Below are positions 29,175-42,781 of a stretch of 64,000 nucleotides of DNA, piece by piece. Source of the DNA: Chrysomallon squamiferum (taxonomy: Eukaryota > Animalia > Mollusca); NCBI GenBank assembly GCA_012295275.1, contig CM022671.1:9300001-9364000 (forward strand), in the 5' to 3' direction. Each line of letters opens with the position of its first letter. Positions within the stretch are counted from its first letter, which is position 1. A program made the position numbers and the translations under genes. Under the pieces are notes generated by a model. It was not told where the DNA came from. It was given only the letters and a program-made list of their open reading frames with translations, and ran no database searches.

Positions 29175-32100
29175 TCATTTGGTACTTTTAATAATCCTTG
29201 TTTTCAGAGTTATTTTTCTTCAGTTATATCCTTACTATTATCATTTGAAAGACTAACATCTGCTGTGGACTCTGAACTACATCTTAAACTTTTGTGTGCC
29301 TTTCTATACCCAAATAACATTGCCAATGACATTGTTAAAAATATTGTCACTTGTTCAGTTTCCTGGCTCTTGGGTTAATTTAAAAATGTGTTATATTTAT
29401 AGAACAGAAAGAATATTCTGACATATTCACAGGTTAACATGCCTTAACAGTTTTCTATTGATGAAAGCAAAAACTTATTCACACCTAATGTGTGCAATCA
29501 TGGGCATGTAACTCTCTGCTATCTTCAGGCACACAAATTCTGAAAAAACATTCATTTACAGAAAAAAGAATAATGTGTTTTAGTATTTCTGGATTAGTTA
29601 TCTTATTATTACAATCCTATCATGTAACAAAGAAACATGAAAGGCTATGGTGAGTATTTTCCTGTCATGTAAAAGCATGAATGGATAGTTATGGTATCTG
29701 CTTTCCTCTCTCATAAAATAACACATCAAAAGCCGTGGTATATGTTTGCTGTGGTCTAAAACTACTAACACAAGATCTATTACTACAAATCAGAATTACA
29801 GCTGTGGATTTCCTTTCTTAGATTCAAGACCTGAAACACATTATTTGGTTTAGCATATTGAATATATGTGCTTTTTTCCATCCTTTATTCATTTATGCTA
29901 AAGTCTGAATTAAAAAAGCTAATGAAATTATTAACACCAAATTCCTTCTTCATTGATAAGCACCATTTTTTGTAAATTGAACAATTTTCCAACCCAACAT
30001 ATGCTCCACAACTTATCAGTCATAATAATAATAATAATAAGGAGAAGAACAAGAACAAGAAGAAGAATAACAACTTAGAAATGATCTTGCATTATTATAA
30101 TCTTGATTTAAAATATGTCTTTAAGTAATGTGATGAAAAGCAAACAATATCCTAATGGGATAGTAATAAGTTAAGATATTTATATTTTAGTCAAAAATCA
30201 CCATAATGACTTGGAAGTAATTTAACATGTATATTTACATTTCTGTTTAAATCCCGTCATCATATTTTTAAATGAAGCTTGCAAATGACTGAGCCTGTTT
30301 GTGTTACTGTAAAAGTGTCATAAAATCAGCATTAATACATCAGTTGATAGAGATCAATAGAGTATTATTAATGAACTCTTCATGACAGAGTTAATCTTAA
30401 TGAAATTACAGGTTCTCTTTCTCCATCACCTGCAACATCGTATCACAGCTTACCTGTGCAATATCTGTGATATCAGATATCAGATGCATTTCCCGAGAGA
30501 TATCAATATTAGATTAGCAAAAAGTCATTGTAAAGTAGCAAATGCAGGGTCAAACTTGGGGTAAATATGGCATATTGTATTTATCTTTTTAAAATGTCCA
30601 GTGGGAAGCCCAACAAAAGGATAAATAAAATAATGATAAGATGAAACAGAATAAAAAGGAATGTAAGACTACTTAATGATTGAGAAGAAACAATTTAAAC
30701 AGTATGATTGGACAGTGAATGGAATGGAAGTAAAATCCATATAATCTCAAAAGAAACTAACATAAATCTAAAAAGCCCCAAAATGTATACAAAAATGCAT
30801 AAAACCTCAAACTATATATATACACAAATATAAATTTCTAAAATCTCCAAAAATATACAAAATTCAAAGTATCGGAATATATATTATATATAAAGATTCA
30901 TAAAATTACAAAACAAATATAAATAAAAAGGAGTAAAATTTCAAAATATTTGCAAGTTTTAAATCTATTTTGAACTATTTCTGTGACAGTAATCCCAAAT
31001 AAGTTGTGATAGTGAAGCAGACATGTTCAATCAGCCTGTACAAAGTAAAACTATTAAAAGAGCTGAGACAACCCAGACTTAACCGACTGCTCTGGCTTAC
31101 ACTCTGTCACTGTACATTTCTCCAACAACTAATCCTCCCAATATCTGTCAAATGATGTGATACATTACGAGGATCATGATCAGATCACAATCAGATCCCC
31201 TTTCATTCATCTCCTCCTTCTCCTAAGCTTTAATGATATCACACAGCCAAAAATTGTATTCAAGTCTTTGCTATCTTGATTGCACTGTGATTCAGTTTAT
31301 TAAGCCACTTTTAACTTGTTGGTTATCCTGTGCAATGAGTTCAAGCATTATCTTGCACTGAGGTGTTGATGCAATGAATTTAAAAACAGTTTTTTGGAAT
31401 ATTTTTTGAAGGTGAAGTGTGGAAAATTAAAAATGATCATTTCATGCTATGTTGTAAATGGTATTTTATTCAAAAATCAATATTTGTTAATAGCGGAAAA
31501 TGGTTAAAATATCTGCAATGATTTGTTTGTTTAAAAATATTATTGAAAGCTACTGTTTTAATTTATAAATAGAGATAAAAACAAAATACCCCTTTGCCAA
31601 AAAACCCAACAAAAACAACTGAACAACCTAAAAACTTCCTGTCAGTAAATGCTTATATTGTCTTTCAAAATTAAACTAATGAAATTTAAAACTAATCCAT
31701 TACTCTATTATTTCAGACCAAAACAGAACTATTAAATTTCTGCTAAAAATAAAACTAATTAGTTTCAATTTTCTAAGTAAAATTTAAAAAGTTAGTTGTT
31801 TGTGTATTTTCGTGAAACACAATTACTTCTGAAGTGCCAGGCTGACAACGCTTTAACAACACGCTAAGAAAAATAAAAAAAAAGTTAAAACTAAAAAGCC
31901 AACTCCCATTATAAATAACATGATTTTAAAAATGAGAAACCTCATATGAAAAAGAAAAGAAACAAAACATTGTTAATTAAAAGTACAAATAATGTGTAAT
32001 TCAAATAAATTAATCGGAAAGTCAAATGTAAACATTTTTAAAATACACACTGTTTATTTATTAACCATTACTGAAATAGTATGAGTTAAGTTTGAAAAAC

Positions 32101-32194
32101 AATGTTTATATTTAAATCATATTTTAATAATAAAAGCAGATTAAGAATTTAACACACACACAAACACTAATAATGTATTACTGAAATAACAAGT

Positions 32195-33252
32195 GCCTGA
32201 TCTTTGCATAGATTCTCCATAGCTATCCAGAGTTCAATGACTCACAGATGTTGTTAGCTCAGGAACCATATGCAAGAGTGGTGTCATGGATGTTCCAGAG
32301 ACCTGGTGGAAACATGGGCTCTTTCTGATGAATACACATCCCAGCTACATCTTATTGGTGAGCTTGTTGGAATGCCCCATTCAAATGGGTCTAATCAAAA
32401 TAATTTAATATTTCCTCCAGATCTTCAATTTCAGGGATATTGACATGGAGGAAAGCCATACCATCCGTAACTTGATATAGTTTAGTTAGTCCAAGGTGCT
32501 GTACGTTTCTGTATATACTCTGGCACAAATGATAGAAACAACTCTGTGTCCTGATGTGCACCCCAATACACATGAAACAGCTTGTATAACTGCCTTCTCA
32601 AAGTTTGTATCCATTACTTCTGAATCTGAATAGAAACTATATTTACCACATTGAAGCAACAGCTCCTCAAAGACTGAACAGCTCCTCAAAGGTATATACA
32701 CAAGACACTGTTGATGATACCAGTTCAGCATCAATCACATTAACTTGGATGTATATGTTTTGGTGCCATGTTGAAGTTTCCATCAATATACAAGGTCCTA
32801 AATGCCATCAAACAGTTGCTGACATAAGGTCCACTGTAATGGAGGAAGAAGGGCATCATCATTATCACCAGTATTGGCCCACTCATCATCAATCATTTCA
32901 AATCATGCTGAGATGCTGGCTCAGGAGGGAGAGTTTCATGTTTCTGCCAATGGATGTTTCTCTTCAAAATGTCCATTTTCCCAAGGTTAGCATGGACAGT
33001 ATTGGATGCTTCCTGTAGACCTGAGCTGGTCAGTACTTTCTCCTTCAGGGATGAATGCACCTTGGCCACCTCAGTACCTGCCTCATCAGAGTCAGACCGT
33101 GGATTCTATAAGAATGTGTACCAGTCACATTAACATCAGTGGTAGCTGTGCCTTTACAGCCACTGAATCAAGTCCTCCTTAGCCATTTTTTTAACATAAA
33201 TAAATCCTTCAACACAAAGCTTGCTGTGACCTCTCTCTGTCATAATCTCCAT
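32195..33252 (-). mobile_element. Decayed FLYWCH-MULE (Mutator-like) transposase pseudogene
   Basis: Translation across frameshifts and stops gives MEIMTERGHSKLCVEGFIYVKK...IQW / CKGTATTD (FLYWCH-like), LPPEPAS..DL..IDDEW, LYIDGNFNMAP, TNFEKAVIQAV, CFYHLCQSIYRNVQHLGL and PMFPPGLWNIHDTTL...NNICES. These are the MULE DDE-domain motifs in the expected order. Confidence 0.88.
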
Positions 33253-33309
33253 AATAGGCAATGTTATAGGAGACAAAACCAAATGACTACATATCCCTTT
33301 CTGGTATTT

Positions 33310-33450
33310 CTAAAAACAACACATAATTTTAAAACTTATCTTAAAAATATAATAAAAAGTAACTAATTACTAAAAACAACACATAATTCTAAAACTTATC
33401 TTAAAAATAATAAAAAGTAACTAAATACTAAAACAACACATAATTCTAAA
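33310..33450. repeat. Tandem repeat, about 2.4 copies of a 58-60 bp unit, just upstream of the MULE ORF
   Basis: ctaaaa(a)caacacataatt(t/c)taaa starts at 33310, 33370 and 33428. Confidence 0.9.
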
Positions 33451-36400
33451 CCGTCAATCATTTTTGAAAAGTTATCCTAAAAATATATATGCCTTTGACA
33501 TTCATAATAACAGTAACTGCCTTCTTAAAGAAACAATTATAGGAACCTCAAAAACTTTAAGTGTTTTGTATAACTAACACAACTTTGAAGTTCTGCCTTT
33601 AGAACATTTTATGAGGTTTTTTTTAAATTTTTATTATTAATAACAAAACCTAAAGGTGAGCAATCGTCCTATTTCTCACTTTATTGGTGTGCAATTGTCC
33701 AGTGAGGTATGTCTGGTGAGACATATATTTTTAGAATTATCTCATTAAGGTAGAAAAATTTAATTAAGAAATATACAAATTTAATTGATTTAATTAATTA
33801 AATGGATCAAATTAAAGAATTAAATTTTTAAAACAAATTAATTAATTTAAAAATAAATAATAAACAATAAAAAAAACCCACAATAAATAATTATCATTGT
33901 TCTACTGAAGATTCGTGTAATGAAAATTACAGATTTTTTTCATTTTCTTCACTGACACGTCATGGAGTTTCAGATTACAAACTCATTTGCTAACCAGACA
34001 GGCTAGATTAGTTTTTCAGGGATCCCTGAAGATGTTGTTAAAACATGAAGGTGACACAACACCTGTCTCTTCTCAGATGATTTACAGACAGCTGGCATTT
34101 TAAAAACGTCCAAAGAGATGGACTGTGAACTTGCAGAAATCTCTTGAGTTACTGTCTGCTTGTTGTCTTGTCAACATTTGCCTTTAACACATTTATTTTT
34201 CTTTCCCATTTAGCTTGTATGTGTGGAAAATATTATTTCTCAAATCAGATTTATTTTTTATTTTTTTTCCCTTCTGAGAGTAAGGAAAAGAAAAAAGAAT
34301 ACCCAAGTATGACATTAATAGTGTTGATGTGAATACACATGGTAGTAAATTGTTTTAAATAAAGTGAAATATTACTTGTTTTGATAAGGTGTGAATTATG
34401 TCAGTAAAAAAACAAGCAAATATTTTCTGGACAAATGAAATTTAGCGAGTGGCCTACTGTTACAAAAGTTAATCAAAGGAGGCAAACTTCAGCTGAACAG
34501 TTAAACAAACATTTGTTGTTTTAATCACAACTGGTATTCAATACTCAGATTTGACACTTGAATAAATAAATCAACATTTGGTCTGAAGTTAACAAGAAAG
34601 AAAAGATGAAAGGAAATGAAAAAAAAAAAAAAGAAGTAAAAATAATATGAATTAAAAAAAGAAAGTAAACAAAGAAAAGAAACAAAAAGAAAAGAAGGAA
34701 AGAAAGGAAAGATAGGAAACCAACAAAAAACAACAACCCAAGAAAGAATAAAGAAAAAAAAAATGAAAAATGAAAAAAAAGAAGAAAAAAAGGAAAAGCA
34801 AAGAACTTATGGTAAAAACAGATAGATAAGTTAAAGATGAATAAAATTATAGAAATATAATTAAGAAATTAAAATAAACAAATACTCCACTCCTTTAATG
34901 AATCCATCCATTATTATTAAAAAACAAAAATCATCAACATCTATTAAGCCAGCATTAAATCTTAATAAAAAATAGCATTGTCTGACACAGACAACAAAGA
35001 CGTCTTCCAAGTGCTCCTTCCATCCTTGCTAGATCTATGTCAATATTAATCAAGTAACTTTTTTTAATATATTTTTTTTAACTTCCAACATCTCTTGAGA
35101 AGATGTCAACAGTGATGTGCATTTTCCAGCCTGCAGTATTTGCAACCAGCCACATCAATTACATCTGAGGAAAGCTTTCTAAACAAACATGTCATCAATT
35201 ACTCATTAACGGCTGAAAAACAGAAGTTGCTCTGCTGATTTGTTTGTACATGTATCTCCCTGGAGGATGGAAGAGTGGTCAGAACAGTGCTTGGGGATAA
35301 GATTAAAATAGGAAAATATATGTGTCCTGGGAATCATTACTTACCTAATGTCAGAATCCAAATATTAAATATGAGATATATAATAAGATTGATTGTAGAA
35401 TATAATCATTTCTAGCTACAGTAGAATTTATGAATGTGTGTATCTTGTGCATGTATGTATGTTTGTATGTGGTTTCATATGTATATATTATCTTTTAATA
35501 CAACATAAGAAGAAAGCTTATATTTTTACAAATTTATTTTTACCAAAAAACACCCAAATTCAGGATAATAAAACATTCATTAAAAGATATGTTTATAATC
35601 ATTTTGTGTATGCTTTTTCAAAATAAACCAAATAAAATAAAAATAACAAAAAATAAACAGGAATCTAAATATAATAGTAATAATAATAATAAAATCAAAT
35701 TGTTAAAAGAGTCAATTTAAAAAAGAGGGAGAAAAATTCAAACCTAAACACACACACACACACACACAGACATATGCATCTTTTTAACAAGAGGACATTG
35801 CTGTGGTATCTAAAATTGCCACCAATAGTTCTGAAATGTGGAGTTTTTGCCATTACTCAGTTAATTTTGCTTGTGTTGGAAAATCATCAACAGATATTTT
35901 TATACTTAACATTCTTCATCTACTTGTACACAGCAGTTAGCACCATAGCAGAGTTGTAAATACTGATAGACCAAGAAACTACAAAGATATCATAAATATG
36001 ATAACTTACTCATTATACAATAAAACTGATTTTTTTCTTCCTAGCCCAGCGAAATATCTCAGAGCTTGAAATTATCCCAGGATTTTCCAAACAGATCTTC
36101 AAAAAGAACTCTGATCATGAAAGAAAGATAAATATTATATCTGTTTCTCTGTGTGAATTTGCATTATGTTAATAGTTTTTGTCTTTAAACTCTTTTGATA
36201 GGGTTTTTTTAACCTTGACTTGTTTTTGTTGAAGCATTGTATTAACAGTGTAATAAACAAAATTAGATGTATTCTTAATACAAAAAAGAGAATAAAAGTA
36301 TGTGTCCTGGAGCCAGTAGTATGAATTTTGACAGTTTTCAACAAAAAAACGGGATGGAAAGTGAAACAGAAGTTAATTTACTTGTTAAAACAAATATATT

Positions 36401-38515
36401 TAATTTTGGTAATAATTTTAATTGTAACATTTTACTGCAAAAAAGATTTGAATAAGAAAAGAAAGAATGAAATAGATATCAGTCTGGAACATGCCTATAT
36501 ACATGACATATACACATAGATATGCACACACACACACACACACACATACACACACAAACACATTTCCCTTATAAATTTGTTTCTCCCTAGGAATTTTTAT
36601 AATAGCCCAGTTGACCACCTTGGCCCTTGCACCATACCACAGTTTTGTGTCCTGGGTTAATGATTTTTGTCAGTGGAGGGCAAGCTAGGAAGATCATGTT
36701 AAGACCTGAAGCAATTTATTAATTGGTGTACATGCTCAGTGCACACCAGAGACTGGGAAGCAAGTATTTAACTATTCTACCATTAAGTGTAAGTGAGTTT
36801 ACTAGTATCAGTTCTTACAGTAATCAGTGTATTGGTGAAGTAATAACTGTAAATGTAAAAAATAGATCATTATTATTTTGTCAAAAAGATTTGTAAGAAA
36901 ATGGGAAAGGATAAAATATTAAAAAGGCAAGTAATTCTTCTGAAAAACAAAATGTAAGTAAGTAAAATAACTTGAATAAATGAATAAATAAAATAATTTG
37001 TGTAACAACAACAGCAATAATAATTATTTTATATTTTACAGACATTATTTGTATGTTATAATTATGACTATTACTGGAAGCATATATCTATTTTACAAGT
37101 ATTATTTTAAATTTATAACATTCTTTTTTCTTTTTCTTTATTTAATCAGGGAACCATATACAATGAACTTTGATATTAAAAATCTGTGCAATGAACAAGC
37201 AATCAGAAGTTAAGAAAAGAATAACTCTTCATTTCATTAATATTTAATAACAATAATAATAATTCTTTTGCTTAAAAATAAAATTGTAAAAACAGACTGC
37301 TCTGTTGCCATTTGGTTCACACCGATAGGCTGAAAATTTCTGAAAATGGCAAACTTTTTAATAAATAATGATTTTAGCACTGGAACAAAATCCCAGATGG
37401 AAATCTATTTTTCTGTAGAATAGTTTCTTCCTTGTATAATTACCTTTGCAGATGTTTTGTCATCTTTTGCTAAGGGTGCCTATGCTTGTTGTTTATTATT
37501 AAAATCATGTAACATTCTTGCAATCTCTAATAACATTTATAGTTACTTTTAATTTGTCATTACTTTCCTAATTCTCACATTCCACTTATAACTTCAGTTC
37601 TTTTGTCTTTAACACCTTAACAATATTTTTTTCAGAGTTCTGTTACTGAAAATATTTGTTTTTTTTTAAATTTCCCTTGCAGCTTTTTACAATTCCTTGT
37701 TATCAACAAGATAACTGTGAAAAAAGCCTTTAGATAATCACCAATTTTGTAACAGATAATGAACATACAAAGTGTTTTTGACACCAACAAATCTCTATGG
37801 ATTTTTGTGTTGTTTTGAACTGTTTAGTTCTTGTATTCAGTACAGGAACTTCACCTTTACCTGTGTGAACTTTTTGTTATTTGTAGCCTACACTGAATGT
37901 TTTACCAGTTACTTATTATTATGATCATGTAAGTCACTTCACAGTTTTTAGTTTAATTATCTAACAGAAAAAAGGTACACGTGGTTCCCATTCTGAGCAG
38001 TTCAATGAAGTTGGGACATTAATTTGCTAGAGTGCAGTTAAAGAACACTGGAAAAACAGAAGAGAAAATCAAAACAACACCAGAACAAATTGAAAAATTG
38101 GTTAACAGCATCTGCTAACACTTCAATCACCTTGGAGGTGTGTTGCACCCAGTGAACCAAGATGAAAATTCCTTGTGCTAAAGCCAGTTGAAAGACACCT
38201 TGGCATTATCATTATTAAATTGTCCTCACAGTAATTACACATCTTATATCCTTAGATTTTATATACCCAGAATAAACAGAATGGAATTAAATGTGAATGT
38301 GTGGAAACAGACTTTGGGCATGTGATTTTTAACAAAATTTGTTAATTATTATTATTGTTTATTTAGTTTTTTGCTGTTTATAAGATACGAGTAAACTGTT
38401 ATCTGAAACTGATATATAAATTATACTTAATTTTATTTTACAGACACACAAGAACATAAATGCATAAAAACTTGCAAAAACACAACATACAAACAAATAT
38501 TATTTACCCTTACTC

Positions 38516-38553
<38 letters not shown>

Positions 38554-41500
38554 CCATACATACTAATATTCCATTTCTTTATAATTTGAAGAATAAAAGC
38601 TAAATCAACAAATGTCTACCAGAATGTCACATAAGAAATGTTAAATATGTAATTATGTTTCTATATAAAGACACTCTATTATGGAATATATATATTTATA
38701 ATTATTTATCTTACACACAAATTCCTTTGGTCAGAATAAGATTTGCACTGGATTCCCTAGCACATTGCCAAAGGCACTGAAGCCACTCAAAGAATAACCC
38801 ATCCCCAAAGCACACAGTACAACTCAACTGAATAATACACTGGCAGGATCTTTAAGATAATTGTACAACTTGTTACTACCAACAGCTAAATATATGCATC
38901 CAAAAATACAAATAAATTGGAATAGGTCAATGCATTTCTGCTTCAAGTGCCACGCATATCAAATCAGCTGCATCTGTGGATTGATATGTAATCATTATGT
39001 GCTGTTTAGAGAGACACTATCTGCAGTGGTGAAATATTAATTGCTCATTAAGATTTAAAAAAAATTAAATATAGATACAAATATTCCTAATTATATAGAC
39101 AGATCAGTGTTCATTTAAGCACATATTTGCTGAGAAAATTGTTGTAAGGATGAAGAAAGGAAAGAATTTGGAGGAAAATGGTTTGATTTGTGAAATGTTA
39201 GAAAATAAAACCTTACAAATACTCCAATATATATAAAATGTATTAACTGGTAACTAAAAAAAAAAGTTCCTAACATGGCTACTTTTCTGCTTTTTTCTCT
39301 TTTTAACAGCAGCAAGTGATTTGTTATTATATGCATTATCTCAAAAATCAGGAAAACACATCAGGCACTTGATAATTCAGTTTGAAGATGCAAGAAAGAT
39401 GAATTATAAACAAAACCTACTGCACCAATAAGGATATTACATATAATAAAATAATGTTGCAGACATAAACAAGATGTGTTTTCTTCCTTCACAGTTGAAG
39501 TTATGAAAACTGGTTTGAAAATTACTTAGTACAGTTCAGTTTGGTACTAGATGGAGATGAGACTTTTTTCTTTCTTTTAAAAAAAAAAAAAGTTACAAGC
39601 ATTACTAACCTCACGTATAAAGTAAAGAAATTCATAAACAATATACTTTGATATACCAGTAAGTGTAAAATAGTTAATACAGCTATGAGCATCCAACAAC
39701 AGCTAAAATTATACAATAACAAAAATAATTAAAATAATTAATTAAAATAATAATAAAATAAGATAAAATATCAAATGAAATGAATAATAAAAATAAGAAA
39801 ATAAAGAAAATATACAAAAATTATACATCATAGAAATCTAGAAAAATAAAACTGGAATTTCATTAAATTTGAATATATTTTTTATGTAATGGTACCTCAA
39901 CTTTTTTTATTTTTTTAAAATAATTTATTTATTCATTCCAGACAATAAAAAAGAAATCATTTCTTTTTATTTGATTTAATGATTTCATTTTTGTTATTAT
40001 TATTTTAAAATTAAGGCAATGAAAAATCCAAAATATTTTGAAACAAAGATCATATTAGCTATCAAAAGTTTTGCAAAATTTTTGTCGATATAAATACTTA
40101 TAGACTGCAATAAAACTAATAACTTTCAGTCAAAAGTGATACATATGTTTCAATACCTACTTCACCCAAAAAACAAACCAAAACAATTATCATTTGCTGC
40201 CACCAGATTAAATGTAATACACTTTAACAAATTCATAAATAATAATAATTAATCTATCTATCTCTCTATCTGTAATTTATTATTATTATTTTATTTTATT
40301 TTATTTTTTGGCATCATATATCACTCTGCGGAACAGAACTGTTTATATGTTAAATGTTTGCCAATAGTACTTGAGAAAGGAAACGAAAAAGAAAAAATTC
40401 AAGACATATTTCATCTGGGTTACATATAAATCAATTACTTATATATTATGTGTGTACAACAGTGTTTATGTTAAGTGGAAATGTATTTTTGTCATAAATA
40501 ACATCTTTCAGCCAAGAAATATATGTTTGTGGTTTGTTTGCAGAGGACTGAAAGTGTGAACTGTAACAAATGTGGTGCTTAACAAACTGATGGATATGCA
40601 GTGCAAAAAGTCTATAGCTACAACTTGAGTGAATTTTGTGTTCCTATAAAAAGTAAAATTTCAGATTAATTGATTTTAATAAACAAACAAGAACAAAACT
40701 AACCAATAATAATAATAATAATAATAATTAAATAAATAAATGAAAAACAAAAATAATAAAAAATAAAATAAATTAATAAATAAAATCTGTTAATTATTAC
40801 TACACAATCACCATCATGATCATCTTTCATACCACTAATAATAATATCTGCAATAAGAAAAATAACTTAAAAACTCCAAATAAATCAAATATATTTCTAG
40901 TCTTAATTTCTGCAAATTTAGAAAAATAAATACTTTTACCAGCCTATCTTCTTTAAATGACAAAACAAAACAGAAGAACAACTAATCTGTAAAATTTAAG
41001 AAGCTAATATTTCTAGTTTATTAATATGTCCAGCACAGAAAGATTTCCACCTGTGACCTGTCAGGTAATGTCTGAGGTGAAGGAATTATTCCAGGTAGAA
41101 TTTCAAATTCGCAGGTGTTTCACAAAACTAGCAATTAAAATTATTAATCAGTTTGTGGAACACAGATAAAAGAAAATGTCAAATAAATGCTAGATGTGAT
41201 GAAACAAAATATGGTCTTTAAAAAAATAATAATAATAACAATAACAGATGAAAAAAGTGAAATGAAAATAAGTAATCATTAACTTTTGGTTATAAAATTA
41301 ATGTATAAATGATTCTTAAATGACACTTCAACAAAATATATACATTTACATATGTACAGAAAAACAAGAAAGAGGAAGGAGGGGAGAGGAAAAAGAGAGA
41401 AAGAAGCTCAGAAAGAGACAGACTTTTTTTTTTTTTTTTATTTAAAAAAAAAATAAAGAAAAAACCCACTAATAAAGTTATCAAAAATTCAATAAGTCAG

Positions 41501-42742
41501 CTGCCAATTTCAGTGCTTTTTTATTTTTTATTTTTGTTTCTCTAATTTTATATTAAAGAATAGTTTTGAAATTACATTTGAACTTTAAAATTAAATTAAC
41601 AGCCACACTGCACATTTTATTCACAAAAGCTTCACATTAATTTACAATATGAACTACATTAAGAGAAATTAAAAATTAATTAATATCACAGAAACACAGA
41701 CATACATTGTAAATACACAGATATAGATATATATATATCCACAAAAGTAACAATTAGATGTTTATTTTATTCACATCAAACATAATATAAAAAGAGATTA
41801 TTTATTCTTTCTTTCTTTCTTTAAAAAAAAGAAGATATATATATATATATATTTTCTTTCTTTCTTTTCTTTAACACAGATACTGCATGTTTATCACCAT
41901 ACTGAAGTACGTAACTGGACATAAAACACAACCTCAGAACACTTCATCAAACATACAAGATAAACATTCAAGTTATCATATTATCAAGTCTGGATCTTTT
42001 TTTCCTTAATATGGAAACTGAAATGATTTATACAAATCAGTCTTAAAAAATCCCTTTAGGTTTAAAAACAAAGAACTAAAGAAATAAAGAAACTAAGAAA
42101 GAAAAACAGAAAGACAGAAAATAAAAATAAAGAAAAATATATCCATTAAGCTTTAATAGCTACTAAATTTCACACATCCATGGTATCTACACATCAAAGC
42201 CATGATGGTGATACAATTCTCAATCCTAGCAAATGATGACCAAATCACAGAAAATGACAAGCAAATTCTGATATAACTCCCTTTAGAGTTTGCAGGCTCT
42301 GGCAAAGGCAGGCAATTTGGCGTCCAAATTCAACAAGCCAAAGCCATCAGATGTCAAATCTTCTTTCATACTTGTGAACAAAAAAAGAGCTTGGAGTAAC
42401 ACTTAATTGCTTTGGTTTGAGGATCTATATCTGAGACCATCAATTCTCCTCTATCTCAAACAGCATGGTCACACTTCAGTAATTGCTTCTCTGGCTCTTT
42501 GAAACATATATGAATGTATACAGAAATGAGAAGAATGAAAATATGGGCTTGTCCATATTTGAAATATTCCAGTACATGAAAATGAACAGAATTCAAAAAT
42601 CCCATCAGCTTGTTGCTATATCTGAGTATGTGTATGTTTATATGTATTAAATATAAGTATGTGTACATATAAGAACAAACACATGTATTATGCTATATAT
42701 ATATATATATAATATCTTAAAAAAAATAGAATTTTAATAGTC

Positions 42743-42781
<39 letters not shown>

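Noticed and set aside
32605-33018. 137-aa plus-strand ORF
   Set aside because: It is antisense to the MULE transposase relic and shows no recognisable protein features.
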